From: Nitrospirota bacterium
GTDB lineage: Bacteria; Nitrospirota; UBA9217
Length of the DNA stretch: 64,000 nucleotides
Assembly: GCA_963737155.1 (NCBI GenBank)
Contig: CAVTRN010000002.1
Span: 2,528,001 to 2,592,000, forward strand
Direction: 5' to 3'
Shown here: piece by piece, positions 1-11,102 of the stretch
Numbering within the stretch: the first letter of the stretch is position 1
How the letters are laid out: each line of letters starts with the position of its first letter
The notes under the pieces: generated by a model
Told to the model about the DNA's origin: nothing
The model's input: only the letters and a program-made list of their open reading frames with translations
Databases searched by the model: none
Program-made: the position numbers and the translations under genes

Positions 1-471
1 ACGGCACTGGACACCGTGAAGCTCAGGATTCCGCTCCTCCGGTCGCTCATCACGCAGTATTTCCTTGCGCAGATCACCCGGACACTCGCGACCGTGCTTC
101 GGGGAGGCATACCGCTTGTCCAGGCTTTGGACACCACCGCAGGGGTGATCAACAACAAAGTCCTAGCGCGCAGACTTTCGGAGGTTCAATCGCTCGTTAC
201 GGAAGGAGTAAGCTTCGCGGACGCATGCGAGCGGACCCGGCTAGCATCGGATATGACCGTGCGCATGATCGAGGTCGGAGAATCGTCGGGAGACCTTCCC
301 CAGATGCTTGAAGACGTTGCTGATTTCTATGACCAGGAGGTCGAGAACAGGCTAACGGCGCTAACGACGCTAATAGAGCCCGTGCTCATGCTCTGCATGG
401 GACTGGTGATGGCAGTAATCGTCGTCGCTCTCTACCTGCCAATATTTGAAATGGGGGCGAACATTAAATGA
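1..471 (+). CDS. Type II secretion/type IV pilus platform protein (GspF/PilC family), C-terminal part; 5' end probably outside the window
   Basis: Motifs 'TLATVLRGGIPL', 'MIEVGESSGDL' and 'LIEPVLM...LYLPIF' typical of T2SSF domains; overlaps the downstream ATPase start. Confidence 0.9.
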   Translation, partial: TALDTVKLRIPLLRSLITQYFLAQITRTLATVLRGGIPLVQALDTTAGVINNKVLARRLSEVQSLVTEGVSFADACERTRLASDMTVRMIEVGESSGDLPQMLEDVADFYDQEVENRLTALTTLIEPVLMLCMGLVMAVIVVALYLPIFEMGANIK

Positions 472-2192
472 CGGCGTTCCGCAGAAGACGAGTAGGCGAT
501 ATCCTCACGTCCAAGGGCGTCGTGAGTCAGGACCAGATCAACGACCTTTTGTTGAAAAGTGAAAGCCGCCAGAGGCGAATCGGCGAGATGCTCGTTGCCG
601 AGGGGTTGGTGACGGAAGAGGTTCTCTTTGAGTCACTGGCGGAACAGCGCGGTTTGCGCTATGTTGCCCTGACAGATTTCCACATACCCGCCACCCTCTT
701 TGAAGACATCCCCGTCGAATTGATGCAGCGGTATCAGTTCGTTCCCATAGAAAAATCCGGCGATGTGCTTATCATCGCTTTGGCGGACCCTAGCAACCTG
801 CCCGCCATAGATGAGCTGGAAATGATCCTGAACAGGCAGGTCGAGATCACCGTGAGCACACCCTCGGCCATCGGAGCAGTATTGCAGCGAAGCGGATCGT
901 CGGAGCAGGTTATGCATGCCGTTTCCGAGGATTTCAAGTTCCACCTTGTCAAGGAGCAGGAGGACGGAGAAAGAGAAGAAATCCTCTCCTTCGAAACGAT
1001 TGACAAGGATGAGAGCCCCATCATCAAACTCATGCATACCACCATTTTTGACGCCATCCAGCGCCGTGCCAGCGACATCCACATCGAGTCTACCGACAAA
1101 AATGTGCTGATCAAATACCGCATCGACGGTGTGCTATACCCCGCAACGGACCCGATTGATATTAGGTTCCACAATTCCATCGTATCTCGCATCAAGGTCA
1201 TGAGCGAACTGGATATTGCCGAACGCCGTGTGCCACAGGACGGCCGCTTCAAGCTCCGCACCTCCGGCAAAACCATCGACTTCCGAGTCTCGATCCTACC
1301 CTCCGCCTTCGGCGAAGACGTAGTCATCCGCATCCTTGACAAGGAGTCGATCACTGCGGGCGTCAATTCTCTCCGGCTCGATAGCCTCGGGTTCGATGAA
1401 CGCGACCTTACCAGGTTCCGCAAGAGTATTCGTGAACCCTACGGAATGGTCCTGGTGACGGGGCCAACAGGAAGCGGTAAAACAACATCGCTCTATGCGG
1501 CCATTACCGAGATCAACACCGGCGAAGACAAGATGATCACCATCGAGGACCCGGTGGAGTATCAGCTCCGGGGAGTGGTGCAGATCCCCGTAAATGAAAA
1601 GAAAGGTCTGACATTTTCGCGGGGCCTGCGTTCGATTCTCCGGCACGATCCAGACAAGATCATGGTTGGTGAAATCCGCGATGCTGAAACAGGGCAGATC
1701 GCGGTCCAGTCCGCGCTCACCGGTCACCTGGTTTTTACCACGGTGCATGCCAACAATGCTTTCGACGTGCTTGGCAGGTTTCTGAACATGGGGATCGAGC
1801 CCTACAATTTCGTATCATCGCTTAACTGCATTCTAGCCCAGAGACTTGTCAGGATACTCTGCGTCAGGTGCAAAAAGCCCGTCATCCATACGCGCAAAGA
1901 GCTCGAGGAGTCAGCGGTTGATTACGAGCAGCACAAGGACCACCACTATTACGACGCTGCGGGGTGCAAGGAGTGCAACTTTACCGGCTTCCGGGGCAGG
2001 AAAGCCATCACCGAGTTTCTCGATCTCTCGGACCCCATTCGGGAGATGATTCTGGAAAAAAGACCATCGTCGGAAATCCGAAAAGCCGCCATTGCGGAAG
2101 GCATGACAACGCTTCGCCAGTCCGCTCTTGCCAAAGTTTTCGCGGGTGATACCACTTTCAAGGAAATCAACCGGGTGACCTTTATAGAATAA
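468..2192 (+). CDS. Type II secretion/type IV pilus assembly ATPase (GspE/PilB family)
   Basis: N-terminal 'RRVGDIL/RIGEML' repeats, 'RASDIHIE', Walker A GPTGSGKTT, 'LRHDPDKIMVGEIRD', 'TGHLVFTTVH' and a tetracysteine motif. Confidence 0.95.
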   Translation: MTAFRRRRVGDILTSKGVVSQDQINDLLLKSESRQRRIGEMLVAEGLVTEEVLFESLAEQRGLRYVALTDFHIPATLFEDIPVELMQRYQFVPIEKSGDVLIIALADPSNLPAIDELEMILNRQVEITVSTPSAIGAVLQRSGSSEQVMHAVSEDFKFHLVKEQEDGEREEILSFETIDKDESPIIKLMHTTIFDAIQRRASDIHIESTDKNVLIKYRIDGVLYPATDPIDIRFHNSIVSRIKVMSELDIAERRVPQDGRFKLRTSGKTIDFRVSILPSAFGEDVVIRILDKESITAGVNSLRLDSLGFDERDLTRFRKSIREPYGMVLVTGPTGSGKTTSLYAAITEINTGEDKMITIEDPVEYQLRGVVQIPVNEKKGLTFSRGLRSILRHDPDKIMVGEIRDAETGQIAVQSALTGHLVFTTVHANNAFDVLGRFLNMGIEPYNFVSSLNCILAQRLVRILCVRCKKPVIHTRKELEESAVDYEQHKDHHYYDAAGCKECNFTGFRGRKAITEFLDLSDPIREMILEKRPSSEIRKAAIAEGMTTLRQSALAKVFAGDTTFKEINRVTFIE

Positions 2193-2215
2193 TAGGGTGT
2201 CACGAGGGTGACAGA

Positions 2216-2806
2216 ATGAGCAGTTCGACGTTCGGGTTTCAGGAATCACATTTTTTCACAGCTCGCGAGCTTCACCATCAGCCCGGGAAATCAGCGGGTT
2301 TCACATACATCGCGCTCCTGGTAATTATTGTGATCATCGGCATCAGTCTCGGCGCCGCGGGAAAGTATTGGCAGAATGTCATGACCCGCGATAAGGAGGA
2401 GGAACTGCTTTTTCGGGGCGATCAGTACCGTCTGGCCATTGAGCACTATTTTCTGGCGATTCCCGGAGCTCCGCAGTATCCCCAGACCATCGATGATCTG
2501 CTGACGGACGGCCGGACTGAAGTGGGCATGCACTATTTGCGCCGGAAATACAAGGACCCGATGACGGGAAAGGATTTTAAGGAGATCCGCGATCCACTCA
2601 GTAACCGCATTACCGGCGTGTATAGCGAAAGCAACATGACACCGTTGAAACAGGCCAATTTCCCAGGACTCTATAAGGACTTTGAGGGGAAACAGCAGTA
2701 CAGTGATTGGCGATTCATTTCGAGCATAATAACTGCTCCGACAGCGAGCGTCGGTTATAACCCGAGAAGAATGCGCGCGATGCCCACACCTCAGCCAACG
2801 CACTAG
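2216..2806 (+). CDS. Minor pseudopilin/pilin-like protein
   Basis: Prepilin cleavage site G|FTYIA followed by a hydrophobic helix; no Glu at +5; 'YLRRKYKDPMTG' GspG-like motif. Confidence 0.8.
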   Translation: MSSSTFGFQESHFFTARELHHQPGKSAGFTYIALLVIIVIIGISLGAAGKYWQNVMTRDKEEELLFRGDQYRLAIEHYFLAIPGAPQYPQTIDDLLTDGRTEVGMHYLRRKYKDPMTGKDFKEIRDPLSNRITGVYSESNMTPLKQANFPGLYKDFEGKQQYSDWRFISSIITAPTASVGYNPRRMRAMPTPQPTH

Positions 2807-2916
2807 TTGCAGCGAGTCGGACAACAATAATAAATCCCCGATTATATCGTATACCACGCAACGCTGATGTATTCGGAACAAACCATAAAAGCGCAGAAAA
2901 AGGACACTGGATTTTT

Positions 2917-3132
2917 ATGGTATTCATGCAGAAGCTGCCTTGGGGACTGCTCATTATCGCCTGTTTGACTTTGGGGCTTGCCCCCTTTGCACCTCCCCAT
3001 ATCTGGGAAAAGCTCCAGATGTTGGCTAAAGGCAGGCTGGTCAAGCCCATTGACTGGTTCGATCTTATTTTACATGGTACACCATGGGTCCTGCTCATCG
3101 TCAAGGTAGTGGGAACGTTGGTGCAGCAATGA
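2917..3132 (+). CDS. Small hypothetical membrane protein
   Basis: Two hydrophobic segments with 'LGLAPFAPPHIWEKL' and 'DWFDLILHGTPW'. Confidence 0.7.
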   Translation: MVFMQKLPWGLLIIACLTLGLAPFAPPHIWEKLQMLAKGRLVKPIDWFDLILHGTPWVLLIVKVVGTLVQQ

Positions 3133-3178
3133 TTGCCATAGAAGGCTAACCTTCAGAGCGCGCTCCTCCGGTTCACTC

Positions 3179-3373
3179 TCAGTCCTTCAGCATGTCATCC
3201 AATATTTTCGCTGCATCCTGAACATATTTCGGACAACGCTTTTTGAAATGTTTATCCTTCCGCGCTTGCTGCCATCCTTCCTCCATGGACAAATCACCTT
3301 CCCAGCAGAGGGTCGTCTTGTCTCGGGCTTGGAATTTACGCATAAACTTGGCTGCAAGCGCATTGGAAAACAC
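3179..3373 (-). pseudogene. C-terminal fragment of a C-GCAxxG-C-C family putative redox protein
   Basis: 'F...TLC...DLSMEEG...F..RCPKYVQDAAKIL' resembles the family C-terminus; N-terminal C-GCAxxG part not found. Confidence 0.5.
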
Positions 3374-3627
3374 GCTACGGATTCTCCTTCATAAGTCCAA
3401 TTCCTCGGTGTCCTATCATCGGATATTGCAACACTCATTCCGGAGAAACTCTATCTTTTCAGGAATCACACACGCAGGAAATTGTCATTAAATATATGCA
3501 TTTGATAATTTTTTTTTCAAACGGCCCGTTGGCAGCCTGCCATTTTCCCCTTGATTTATCGCGATGCTTGCATTAGATTATATTTTGTTTGCTCATATTT
3601 CTTTATGGGCCGCAAGGAGGCAGATTG

Positions 3628-4503
3628 ATGGCAGAGCAAGATTTTTCAAAAAAAGAAAAAAATTACCATACCGACATCCCTCAAAAAAGCGAAGCTTTCT
3701 TTCTAAAGGGATCGAATGCCTATGACTGGGGCATGAAAAACAGGCTTGCCCGAATTTTCAATCCCCAGTCCGGGAAAACCGTCATGCTGGCCTTCGACCA
3801 TGGATATTTTCAGGGCCCCACGACCGGTCTTGAGCGAGTCGACGTTTCGATCCTGCCGCTCATCCCTCATGCCGACGCGCTCATGCTTACCCGCGGAATT
3901 TTGCGCTCCGTCATAGAGCCATCGGTAACCAACTCGATCGTTATGCGCGCCAGCGGCGGTCCGAGCATCCTGAAAGAGCTCTCTGATGAGCGCATTGCCG
4001 TAGACATAGAAGATGCGCTGCGCATGAACGTGTCCGCCGTGGCCGTGCAGGTCTTCATCGGCGGGCCCTTCGAAACTCAGACTGTGAACAACATGACCCG
4101 CCTCATCGACATGGGCATGCGATACGGCATGCCGGTGCTCGGCGTTACCGCGGTGGGCAAGGAACTCATCCGCGATGCCCGGTACATAGGCCTTGCAAGC
4201 CGTATCCTGGCAGAACTGGGTGCATCTTTCGTAAAAACGTATTTCGTTCCGAATTTCGAGCAGGTCACAGCCTCCTGTCCGGTACCGATCGTGATCGCAG
4301 GGGGCACGAAACTTCCCGAACGGGACGCCCTTCAGATGGCCCGCGATGCCATAGACCAAGGCGCTTCGGGAGTGGATATGGGGAGGAATATTTTCCAGTC
4401 TGATTCACCGGTTGCTATGATCGGTGCTGTTCGCAAGGTTGTTCATGATGGCATAAGCGTGAAAGAAGCATACGAGTACTACTTGGACATGAAGAAAAAA
4501 TGA
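3628..4503 (+). CDS. lsrF: LsrF-type class I aldolase/thiolase
   Basis: '[12 protein letters not shown]', '[18 protein letters not shown]' and '[11 protein letters not shown]'; AAGGAGG RBS before ATG 3628. Confidence 0.9.
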   Translation: MAEQDFSKKEKNYHTDIPQKSEAFFLKGSNAYDWGMKNRLARIFNPQSGKTVMLAFDHGYFQGPTTGLERVDVSILPLIPHADALMLTRGILRSVIEPSVTNSIVMRASGGPSILKELSDERIAVDIEDALRMNVSAVAVQVFIGGPFETQTVNNMTRLIDMGMRYGMPVLGVTAVGKELIRDARYIGLASRILAELGASFVKTYFVPNFEQVTASCPVPIVIAGGTKLPERDALQMARDAIDQGASGVDMGRNIFQSDSPVAMIGAVRKVVHDGISVKEAYEYYLDMKKK

Positions 4504-5543
4504 AAGTCGGTGTCTATTATAGCAATAGCGACGTCCGGGTTGAGGAGCGTCCCAACCCGAAAATCGGTGACCATGATATCCTCGTCGAGGTCATAGCCTG
4601 CGGTCTTTGCGGAAGCGATCTTCTGGAATGGTATCGGATCAAACGCGCGCCACTTGTGCTGGGACATGAACCTGCCGGGGTCGTCGTAAAAACCGGGAAT
4701 CTAGTCACAAGCGTCAAGCCCGGAGACCGTGTTTTTGTGACCCACCATGTCCCCTGCAACGCTTGTCACTACTGCCTGACTGGTCACGAAACTGCATGCA
4801 CCATGTTCCAGAGCAGGAATAATTTCGACCCAGGCGGCTTTTCACAACTGCTGCGCGTTACCGGGAAGAGCGTTGAAACAGGAACGTTCATTTTACCTGA
4901 CTCAGTGACATTCGAGCAGGCAACCTTTATTGAACCTCTCGGGACGGCTGTCCGGGCCATGAGGACCGTCGTGCTGAGACCTACGCAGAGCGTTCTGGTA
5001 CTTGGCAGCGGCGTCGCCGGATTGCTTATCATCAAACTAGCCCGAGCGCTTGGCGCCGGCAGAATTATCGCAACCGACGTCAGCTCCTCCCGACTTGAGA
5101 AGGCGAAGCAGTTCGGGGCTGACCACATCATTCCCGCCCACGCAGATATCCCTACGTTCATCAAAAAGGTGAATGAAAATAGGCTTGCTGATGTTGTTGT
5201 CGTTTCAGTAGGCGCCCTGGCAGCAGCACGGTCCGCCTTTCAATGTGCCGAACGCGGTGGTACGATACTCTTTTTCGCGGTCCCCAAACCGGATGAAACC
5301 GTAAACGTGGATTTAAATCCCTTCTGGCGCGATGACATAACGATCAAGACTTGCTACGGCGCCGCCCCCCTCGACAATCAACAAGCAATTGATCTCATCA
5401 GACACAGAACAGTGACGGTGACCGACATGGTCACGCATCGTTTCAGCATTGATGAAATCGGTAAGGCATTCGCAATTGGGGCCCACCCTGACGATTGCAT
5501 GAAGGTCATCATCGAACCGAACACAAACCCTAACCACGCCTGA
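4500..5543 (+). CDS. Zn-dependent medium-chain alcohol/polyol dehydrogenase
   Basis: 'CGLCGSD', 'LGHEPAG', structural Zn motif CxxCxxCx7C and GSGVAG; ATGA overlap with lsrF. Confidence 0.9.
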   Translation: MKVGVYYSNSDVRVEERPNPKIGDHDILVEVIACGLCGSDLLEWYRIKRAPLVLGHEPAGVVVKTGNLVTSVKPGDRVFVTHHVPCNACHYCLTGHETACTMFQSRNNFDPGGFSQLLRVTGKSVETGTFILPDSVTFEQATFIEPLGTAVRAMRTVVLRPTQSVLVLGSGVAGLLIIKLARALGAGRIIATDVSSSRLEKAKQFGADHIIPAHADIPTFIKKVNENRLADVVVVSVGALAAARSAFQCAERGGTILFFAVPKPDETVNVDLNPFWRDDITIKTCYGAAPLDNQQAIDLIRHRTVTVTDMVTHRFSIDEIGKAFAIGAHPDDCMKVIIEPNTNPNHA

Positions 5544-6182
5544 CTCGTAGCCCCCCTGCTTTAATTCTTTGGATCATATCATTAACCTAGCTTGAAATGC
5601 TCATGAATGCAGTTATTGATTCCCGCAATACCGTAGCGCCGAGCTGCCCATCAAACACATTTTATTAAAAACTGCACAGCTCGGTCTTTGAGCAAAGAAG
5701 ACTCAACGATTCGCTTTTGACCCAGCAGGCCTGTATTTATACAGTACTGATCATCAGGTCGTTGATAGCAAGGGATGCACTGTAGGTGGAGGAGTTCGCC
5801 ATTTGGCTTCCACGAGATTAACATGAAAGCGTTTGCGGGCCACAATCGCATATCGACATCTTTTGTCGGATAGATTACCCGTCACTAAATCGTTTAAACA
5901 ATGGCAATGGGGTTCACGGTTGTCGGTTTGAAAGCATTTGCCCTCAGATCGTCTTAGCTCCATCACCGCGCGTTACTTCGTCCGACTCTCGACTTAATTG
6001 TTGTTTTTCTATAACCGCATGACATACTTTTTTTGCTTTTCAGTAATCTCGACAACATCCCAATACTTCTCTATTAATGATGCAAGGAAGCGTTGAGTTC
6101 GGCGTTTCCGGCAAGAAAAGCAACAACCTGGTTGCTTTCATATGTCGATAGCCGCCGAACCAGCCTAGGCCATACAATTCTT

Positions 6183-6211
6183 TTGACTCTTTCGGCTGTT
6201 CCCTTTATAAT
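6183..6211 (+). promoter_or_regulatory. Sigma70-type promoter of gpsA
   Basis: TTGACT-N17-TATAAT ending 8 nt before ATG 6220. Confidence 0.6.
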
Positions 6212-6219
6212 TCGCCATC

Positions 6220-7221
6220 ATGAACGAAAAAATCGCAGTTATCGGCGGAGGGGCCTGGGGTACGGTACTGGCCATACTTCTTGCAAACAAAGGGCATGAG
6301 GTGTCCCTTTGGATGTACGAAAATGAACTGGCCGAGGAAACTGCTTGCACGCGTGAAAACCGGGTCTACCTCCCCGGGTTTACCCTCCCCCTTTCCATTA
6401 ACATAACCTCCTCTCTCGGAACTGCAGTCATAGGAAAACCCATTCTCCTCTCCGTCGTTCCGTCACATACAGTGCGAGCGGTAACTGGACAGTACGTATC
6501 CTTTCTTAATAAGGATACAATTATAATCAGTGCGTCAAAAGGCATCGAAATCGACACGCTGATGCCGCTTTCCGATGTTTTCAGGGATATCTTACCCAAG
6601 GAAATGCACGGCCGCATTTGCTTCCTCTCCGGCCCCAGCTTCGCAACAGAGGTGGCTCGCAGGATGCCTACCGCAATCGCCCTCGCCTCCTCCGATCCCG
6701 TCCACGGCAAAAAAGCGCAGTCAATCTTGAGTAATGATTATTTCCGCGTGTACACCAACGACGACATCATCGGGGTGGAAGTCGCGGGCGCACTCAAAAA
6801 CGTAGTTGCGATTGCAGCAGGCGTTCTCGAAGGTATGGGCTACGGTTACAACACCATGGCAGCGCTGCTCACGCGCGGGCTCGCCGAAATGACGCGTCTC
6901 GGAGAAGCCATGGGTGGGAAGCCTTCCACCTTTGCGGGTCTTGCTGGCATGGGTGACCTTGTCCTGACTTGCACTGGTGGCTTGTCGCGAAACCGCACCC
7001 TCGGCACAAGACTCGGCAGAGGCGAAAAGCTCGATACCATCATGAAACAAACCAGGACCGTTGCAGAGGGCGTAAAAACGGCCAAGGCGGCCAGAGATCT
7101 CGCCCGAAAATACGAGATCGATATGCCGATTGTTGATGAAGTCTACCAGCTGCTCTATGAGGGCAAAGACCGGAAACTGGCCCTGAAGGATCTTATGGCG
7201 AGGGAATTAAAAAACGAATAA
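6220..7221 (+). CDS. gpsA: NAD(P)H-dependent glycerol-3-phosphate dehydrogenase
   Basis: GGGAWG, 'SGPSFATEV', 'GALKNVVAIAAG' and 'GDLVLTCTG..SRN'. Confidence 0.97.
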   Translation: MNEKIAVIGGGAWGTVLAILLANKGHEVSLWMYENELAEETACTRENRVYLPGFTLPLSINITSSLGTAVIGKPILLSVVPSHTVRAVTGQYVSFLNKDTIIISASKGIEIDTLMPLSDVFRDILPKEMHGRICFLSGPSFATEVARRMPTAIALASSDPVHGKKAQSILSNDYFRVYTNDDIIGVEVAGALKNVVAIAAGVLEGMGYGYNTMAALLTRGLAEMTRLGEAMGGKPSTFAGLAGMGDLVLTCTGGLSRNRTLGTRLGRGEKLDTIMKQTRTVAEGVKTAKAARDLARKYEIDMPIVDEVYQLLYEGKDRKLALKDLMARELKNE

Positions 7222-7249
7222 GCAATCCGCTTCTTCAGATTGACTCCTT

Positions 7250-8005
7250 ATGAATAAATCAGAGATTATTAAGCTCCTGCAAAACGTACGCACCGGCAAA
7301 ACCGACGTGGAAACCGCGCTCAAGCGGCTCAAGCACCTGCCCTTCGAGGACATGTCGTACGCCCATATTGACCATCATCGCCATTTGCGCCATGGGATGC
7401 CCGAGGTAATCTACTGCGAAGGGAAAACCCTTGAACAGATCGTGGGAATCACGAAGCGTATGCTCAAGGTGGGAAGCGATATCCTTGCCACTCGGTCTAG
7501 TGAGGTGATCTACAAAGCAGTCAAAAAGCTGGATCGCCGAGCCATATATCATAAAGCTTCCCGCGCCATCGTCATAAAGCATAATGAAAATAAACCCACA
7601 AGAGGCGTCATCCTTATTCTGACGGCGGGAACATCGGATATTCCGGCGGCCGAAGAAGCGGCCGTCACCGCCGACATGCTCGGTAGCACAGTGCAGACGG
7701 TGTTCGATGTCGGTGTGGCAGGAGTCCACCGCGTTCTAAGCAAGCGGGACATCCTAGACGACGCACGGGTGATCATTGTCGTTGCCGGCATGGATGGTGC
7801 ACTCCCTTCTGTCGTGGGCGGCCTCGTGGACAAACCCATGATCGCTGTACCCACCAGTGTTGGCTACGGAGCAGGCTTTCAAGGTCTGGCCCCGCTCCTC
7901 ACCATGCTCAACTCCTGTGCTTCAGGCATCGCCGTCATGAACATCGACAACGGCTTCGGCGCCGGGGTGCTGGCACATAGAATCAATCTGCTTGGAGAGC
8001 GGTAA
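7250..8005 (+). CDS. larB: Nickel-pincer nucleotide cofactor biosynthesis protein LarB
   Basis: 'DHHRHLRHGMPEVIYCEGKT', 'AGTSDIP', 'DVGVAG', 'AVPTSVGYG' and 'NIDNGFGA'. Confidence 0.95.
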   Translation: MNKSEIIKLLQNVRTGKTDVETALKRLKHLPFEDMSYAHIDHHRHLRHGMPEVIYCEGKTLEQIVGITKRMLKVGSDILATRSSEVIYKAVKKLDRRAIYHKASRAIVIKHNENKPTRGVILILTAGTSDIPAAEEAAVTADMLGSTVQTVFDVGVAGVHRVLSKRDILDDARVIIVVAGMDGALPSVVGGLVDKPMIAVPTSVGYGAGFQGLAPLLTMLNSCASGIAVMNIDNGFGAGVLAHRINLLGER

Positions 8006-8058
8006 GCTTTGGCGATTATTGCAGTCGTGACGAAACGCAAGCAGATAGGTAGAAACTT

Positions 8059-9243
8059 ATGATCATTGCCTACTTCGACTGTTTTTCAGGCATTTCCGGA
8101 GATATGACGCTCGGCGCGCTCGTGGATGCAGGTGTCCCCATCGAAGCCCTGCGTGCGGAGCTTGAGAAACTCAGCGTTGCCGGATACGAGATCACCGCTC
8201 TGAATGTGATGCGTTCGGGTGTATCAGCAACAAAGGTGCATGTATGCCTTCAGGACAAGGAGCAGCCGGCACGACATCTGGCTGAGATCCTCAGGATCAT
8301 CGGTGACTCCTCGCTGTCTCCGGCCATTAAACAGAAAAGCACAAAGATCTTCGAACAGTTGGCGCGGGCCGAAGCCAAGGTTCACGGCACAACGTCGGAC
8401 CATATCCATTTCCATGAGGTCGGGGCTGTCGATGCGATTGTAGATATCGTCGGATCGGTCATCGGTCTTGATATGCTCGGCATCGATTCAATAGTTGGTT
8501 CTCCGATCAATCTCGGTTCGGGATTAATCACAACCGCTCACGGAACATTACCGGTACCTGCACCCGCCACTGCGGAGTTGCTCAAGGGCATTCCAACCTA
8601 CGGGTCTTCAATTCCCTTTGAGCTTACCACGCCCACTGGAGCCGTTATATTGAGTACTCTCTGCACTTCCTTTGGGCCTATGCCTCGCACGAAGTTGACC
8701 CGCATAGCGTATGGCGCGGGAGGAAAAGACATTGCGAGCCAGCCAAACGTGCTCAGGCTCATGATCGGTGAACAGACGGCCGGCTATGATGAAGATACTT
8801 CAGTGGTAATCGAGACCAATATTGACGACATGAACCCGCAGGTTTATGATTATCTGATAGAAAAGCTCATGCTACAGGGAGCTCATGACGTTTATCTCAC
8901 ACCTATTATTATGAAAAAAGGACGCCCGGCGATTCTGGTTTCGGTGCTCACCGATGCCGGTCAGACTGAAGCATTGTTGGATACCCTTTTTCGGGAAACA
9001 TCAAGCATCGGGGTCCGCATCCAAGAAGTCGGACGGAAAAAACTGATCCGCGAGATACAGGAAGTCAATACGCCCTACGGAAAAGTAAGGATTAAATTGA
9101 GCAGGCGGGGAAACGATATTCTTACGGCCACACCAGAGTACGAGGATTGCAGAAAATTAGCGGCAGAGAAACAAATGGCTCTCAAAACGATAATTGACGA
9201 GGCAAAAGCTTCATATTACCGCAAAGACATAAAGAAGAAGTGA
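8059..9243 (+). CDS. larC: Nickel insertion protein LarC
   Basis: 'FSGISGDM', 'HFHEVGAVD', 'ELTTPTGA', 'ETNIDD', 'MKKGRP' and 'PEYEDC'. Confidence 0.95.
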   Translation: MIIAYFDCFSGISGDMTLGALVDAGVPIEALRAELEKLSVAGYEITALNVMRSGVSATKVHVCLQDKEQPARHLAEILRIIGDSSLSPAIKQKSTKIFEQLARAEAKVHGTTSDHIHFHEVGAVDAIVDIVGSVIGLDMLGIDSIVGSPINLGSGLITTAHGTLPVPAPATAELLKGIPTYGSSIPFELTTPTGAVILSTLCTSFGPMPRTKLTRIAYGAGGKDIASQPNVLRLMIGEQTAGYDEDTSVVIETNIDDMNPQVYDYLIEKLMLQGAHDVYLTPIIMKKGRPAILVSVLTDAGQTEALLDTLFRETSSIGVRIQEVGRKKLIREIQEVNTPYGKVRIKLSRRGNDILTATPEYEDCRKLAAEKQMALKTIIDEAKASYYRKDIKKK

Positions 9244-9259
9244 AGAGGAAATCCGGGCA

Positions 9260-9280
9260 GGTGAAAAGTCACCCTTTTTT
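9260..9280 (+). terminator. Possible weak intrinsic terminator after larC
   Basis: GGTGA-AAAG-TCACC hairpin followed by CTTTTTT; stem only 5 bp. Confidence 0.3.
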
Positions 9281-9330
9281 AAACATGTGAAGCAATTTTT
9301 TTTTGATTTCCATATCCAAACGAGACACTC

Positions 9331-11052
9331 ATGAGAACGATCCGCATATCCCTGGCCCAAATGAATCCGACCGTAGGCGACCTCAAGGGCAACCGGGACA
9401 AGATCATCGACTGCATCAACCGCGCCCGGAAAGTCGGCTCCGATATCGTCGCATTTCCCGAACTTGCACTGACAGGCTACCCACCCGAAGACCTGGTGTT
9501 GAAACCACAGTTTGTAAAAGACAATCTGCGGACACTCAAGCAGGTCGTCAAAGCGTCACGAGGGATCACCACCGTAGTCGGGTTTGTTGATTCCCGGGAG
9601 CATATCCATAATAGCGCGGCGATCATCCATAACGGCAAACTCACTCATGTCTATCATAAGATGCTGCTGCCGAATTACGGCGTTTTCGATGAGTACAGGT
9701 ATTTTAAGCCGGGCAAACGTTATCCCATCATCGCGGTCAAGGGCGTGAACATTGGTGTGAACATCTGTGAGGACATCTGGTACGCTGACGGCCCTGCCCG
9801 AACCCAGTCGCTGGCCGGCGCAGAAATCATACTCAACATAAACGGCTCCCCTTATCACAAGGGTAAAGGTTGGGAACGCCGGCATATGCTTGCCTCGCGT
9901 GCGGAAGAAAACAATGTTTACGTGGTCTATGCCAATATGGTGGGCGGCCAGGACGAGCTCGTTTTTGACGGTCACAGCATGATACTGAACCCCAGGGGTA
10001 AGCTGATTGCGTCGGGAAAGCAGTTTGAGGAAGATCTGCTTACCTGCGACCTCAAACTGCCGGGTAGATATAAGCATGTGGATCTGTCATCGGAGCAAAT
10101 TCTCGATGAGCATCGGGATTTCATTGACACCGTCGAGCTATCGGCCCGTCCAGCGGGGGATAGGAAACCTCTTCCCCCTATCCGAAGCATAAAACCTTAT
10201 CCCATGTGCGAAGAAGTCTATCATGCCCTTGTGCTCGGGACCAGAGATTATGTGAAAAAAACCGGATTCAAATCTGTGGTCATTGGGCTTTCAGGTGGAA
10301 TTGATTCGTCGCTGGTGGCAGCCATTGCTGTTGCAGCCATCGGGAGGGACAACGTCACCGGCGTGTTCATGCCGTCGCAATACAGTTCCGACCAAAGTCG
10401 TGAAGATGCTTCTGATCTAGCTGATCGCCTAGGCATCAAGATGCTTACCATCCCTATCCATCAGCCCTATCAGGCTTATCTGGAGACACTCCGCCTCGCA
10501 TTTACACACACGAAGCAGGACGTGACTGAAGAAAACCTTCAGGCCCGCATCCGTGGCAATATTCTCATGGCGCTCTCAAATAAATTTGGATGGCTCGTAC
10601 TCACTACCGGAAATAAGAGCGAAATGTCCACAGGCTATGCCACGCTCTACGGTGATATGGCCGGTGGCTTTGCCGTCATCAAGGATGTACCCAAGACCTT
10701 GGTCTACGATATCTGCAAATGCATCAATCGTCTTGCCAGGAAAATAATAGTCCCAAAACGCGTATTGACCAAGGCGCCAACTGCCGAACTCCGTCCGAAC
10801 CAGAAGGATAGCGATTCCCTGCCGGCATATCCCCTCCTGGATCCGATTCTGAAAGCCTATGTCGAGGATAACAAGGAATTCGAAGAAATGTTCAGGATGG
10901 GCTTTGACCGCAAAACCGTTGAGCGCGTGATCCGCCTTGTGGACACCAGCGAGTACAAGCGCCGCCAAGCGCCGCCGGGCGTCAAGATAACGCCGCGCAG
11001 CCTCGGTAAAGACAGACGCTTTCCGATAACAAATCGGTATAAAAGCTTTTAA
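9331..11052 (+). CDS. nadE: Glutamine-dependent NAD+ synthetase
   Basis: Nitrilase domain (FPEL, K..LPNYGVFDE, ICEDIW) plus synthetase domain (GLSGGIDS, ENLQARIRG, TGNKSE, SEYKRRQ). Confidence 0.97.
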   Translation: MRTIRISLAQMNPTVGDLKGNRDKIIDCINRARKVGSDIVAFPELALTGYPPEDLVLKPQFVKDNLRTLKQVVKASRGITTVVGFVDSREHIHNSAAIIHNGKLTHVYHKMLLPNYGVFDEYRYFKPGKRYPIIAVKGVNIGVNICEDIWYADGPARTQSLAGAEIILNINGSPYHKGKGWERRHMLASRAEENNVYVVYANMVGGQDELVFDGHSMILNPRGKLIASGKQFEEDLLTCDLKLPGRYKHVDLSSEQILDEHRDFIDTVELSARPAGDRKPLPPIRSIKPYPMCEEVYHALVLGTRDYVKKTGFKSVVIGLSGGIDSSLVAAIAVAAIGRDNVTGVFMPSQYSSDQSREDASDLADRLGIKMLTIPIHQPYQAYLETLRLAFTHTKQDVTEENLQARIRGNILMALSNKFGWLVLTTGNKSEMSTGYATLYGDMAGGFAVIKDVPKTLVYDICKCINRLARKIIVPKRVLTKAPTAELRPNQKDSDSLPAYPLLDPILKAYVEDNKEFEEMFRMGFDRKTVERVIRLVDTSEYKRRQAPPGVKITPRSLGKDRRFPITNRYKSF

Positions 11053-11102
11053 TACCGAGGCAGGAACGGTATATATTTCACTTGCTGCTTGATAAGTGAC
11101 CA

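Noticed and set aside
5545-6180. Short ORFs between the dehydrogenase and gpsA
   Set aside because: Overlapping short frames with no recognisable family or structure
9331-11052. nadE as the missing larE (both are PP-loop ATP pyrophosphatases)
   Set aside because: It has a full glutaminase domain and canonical NadE motifs, not LarE features
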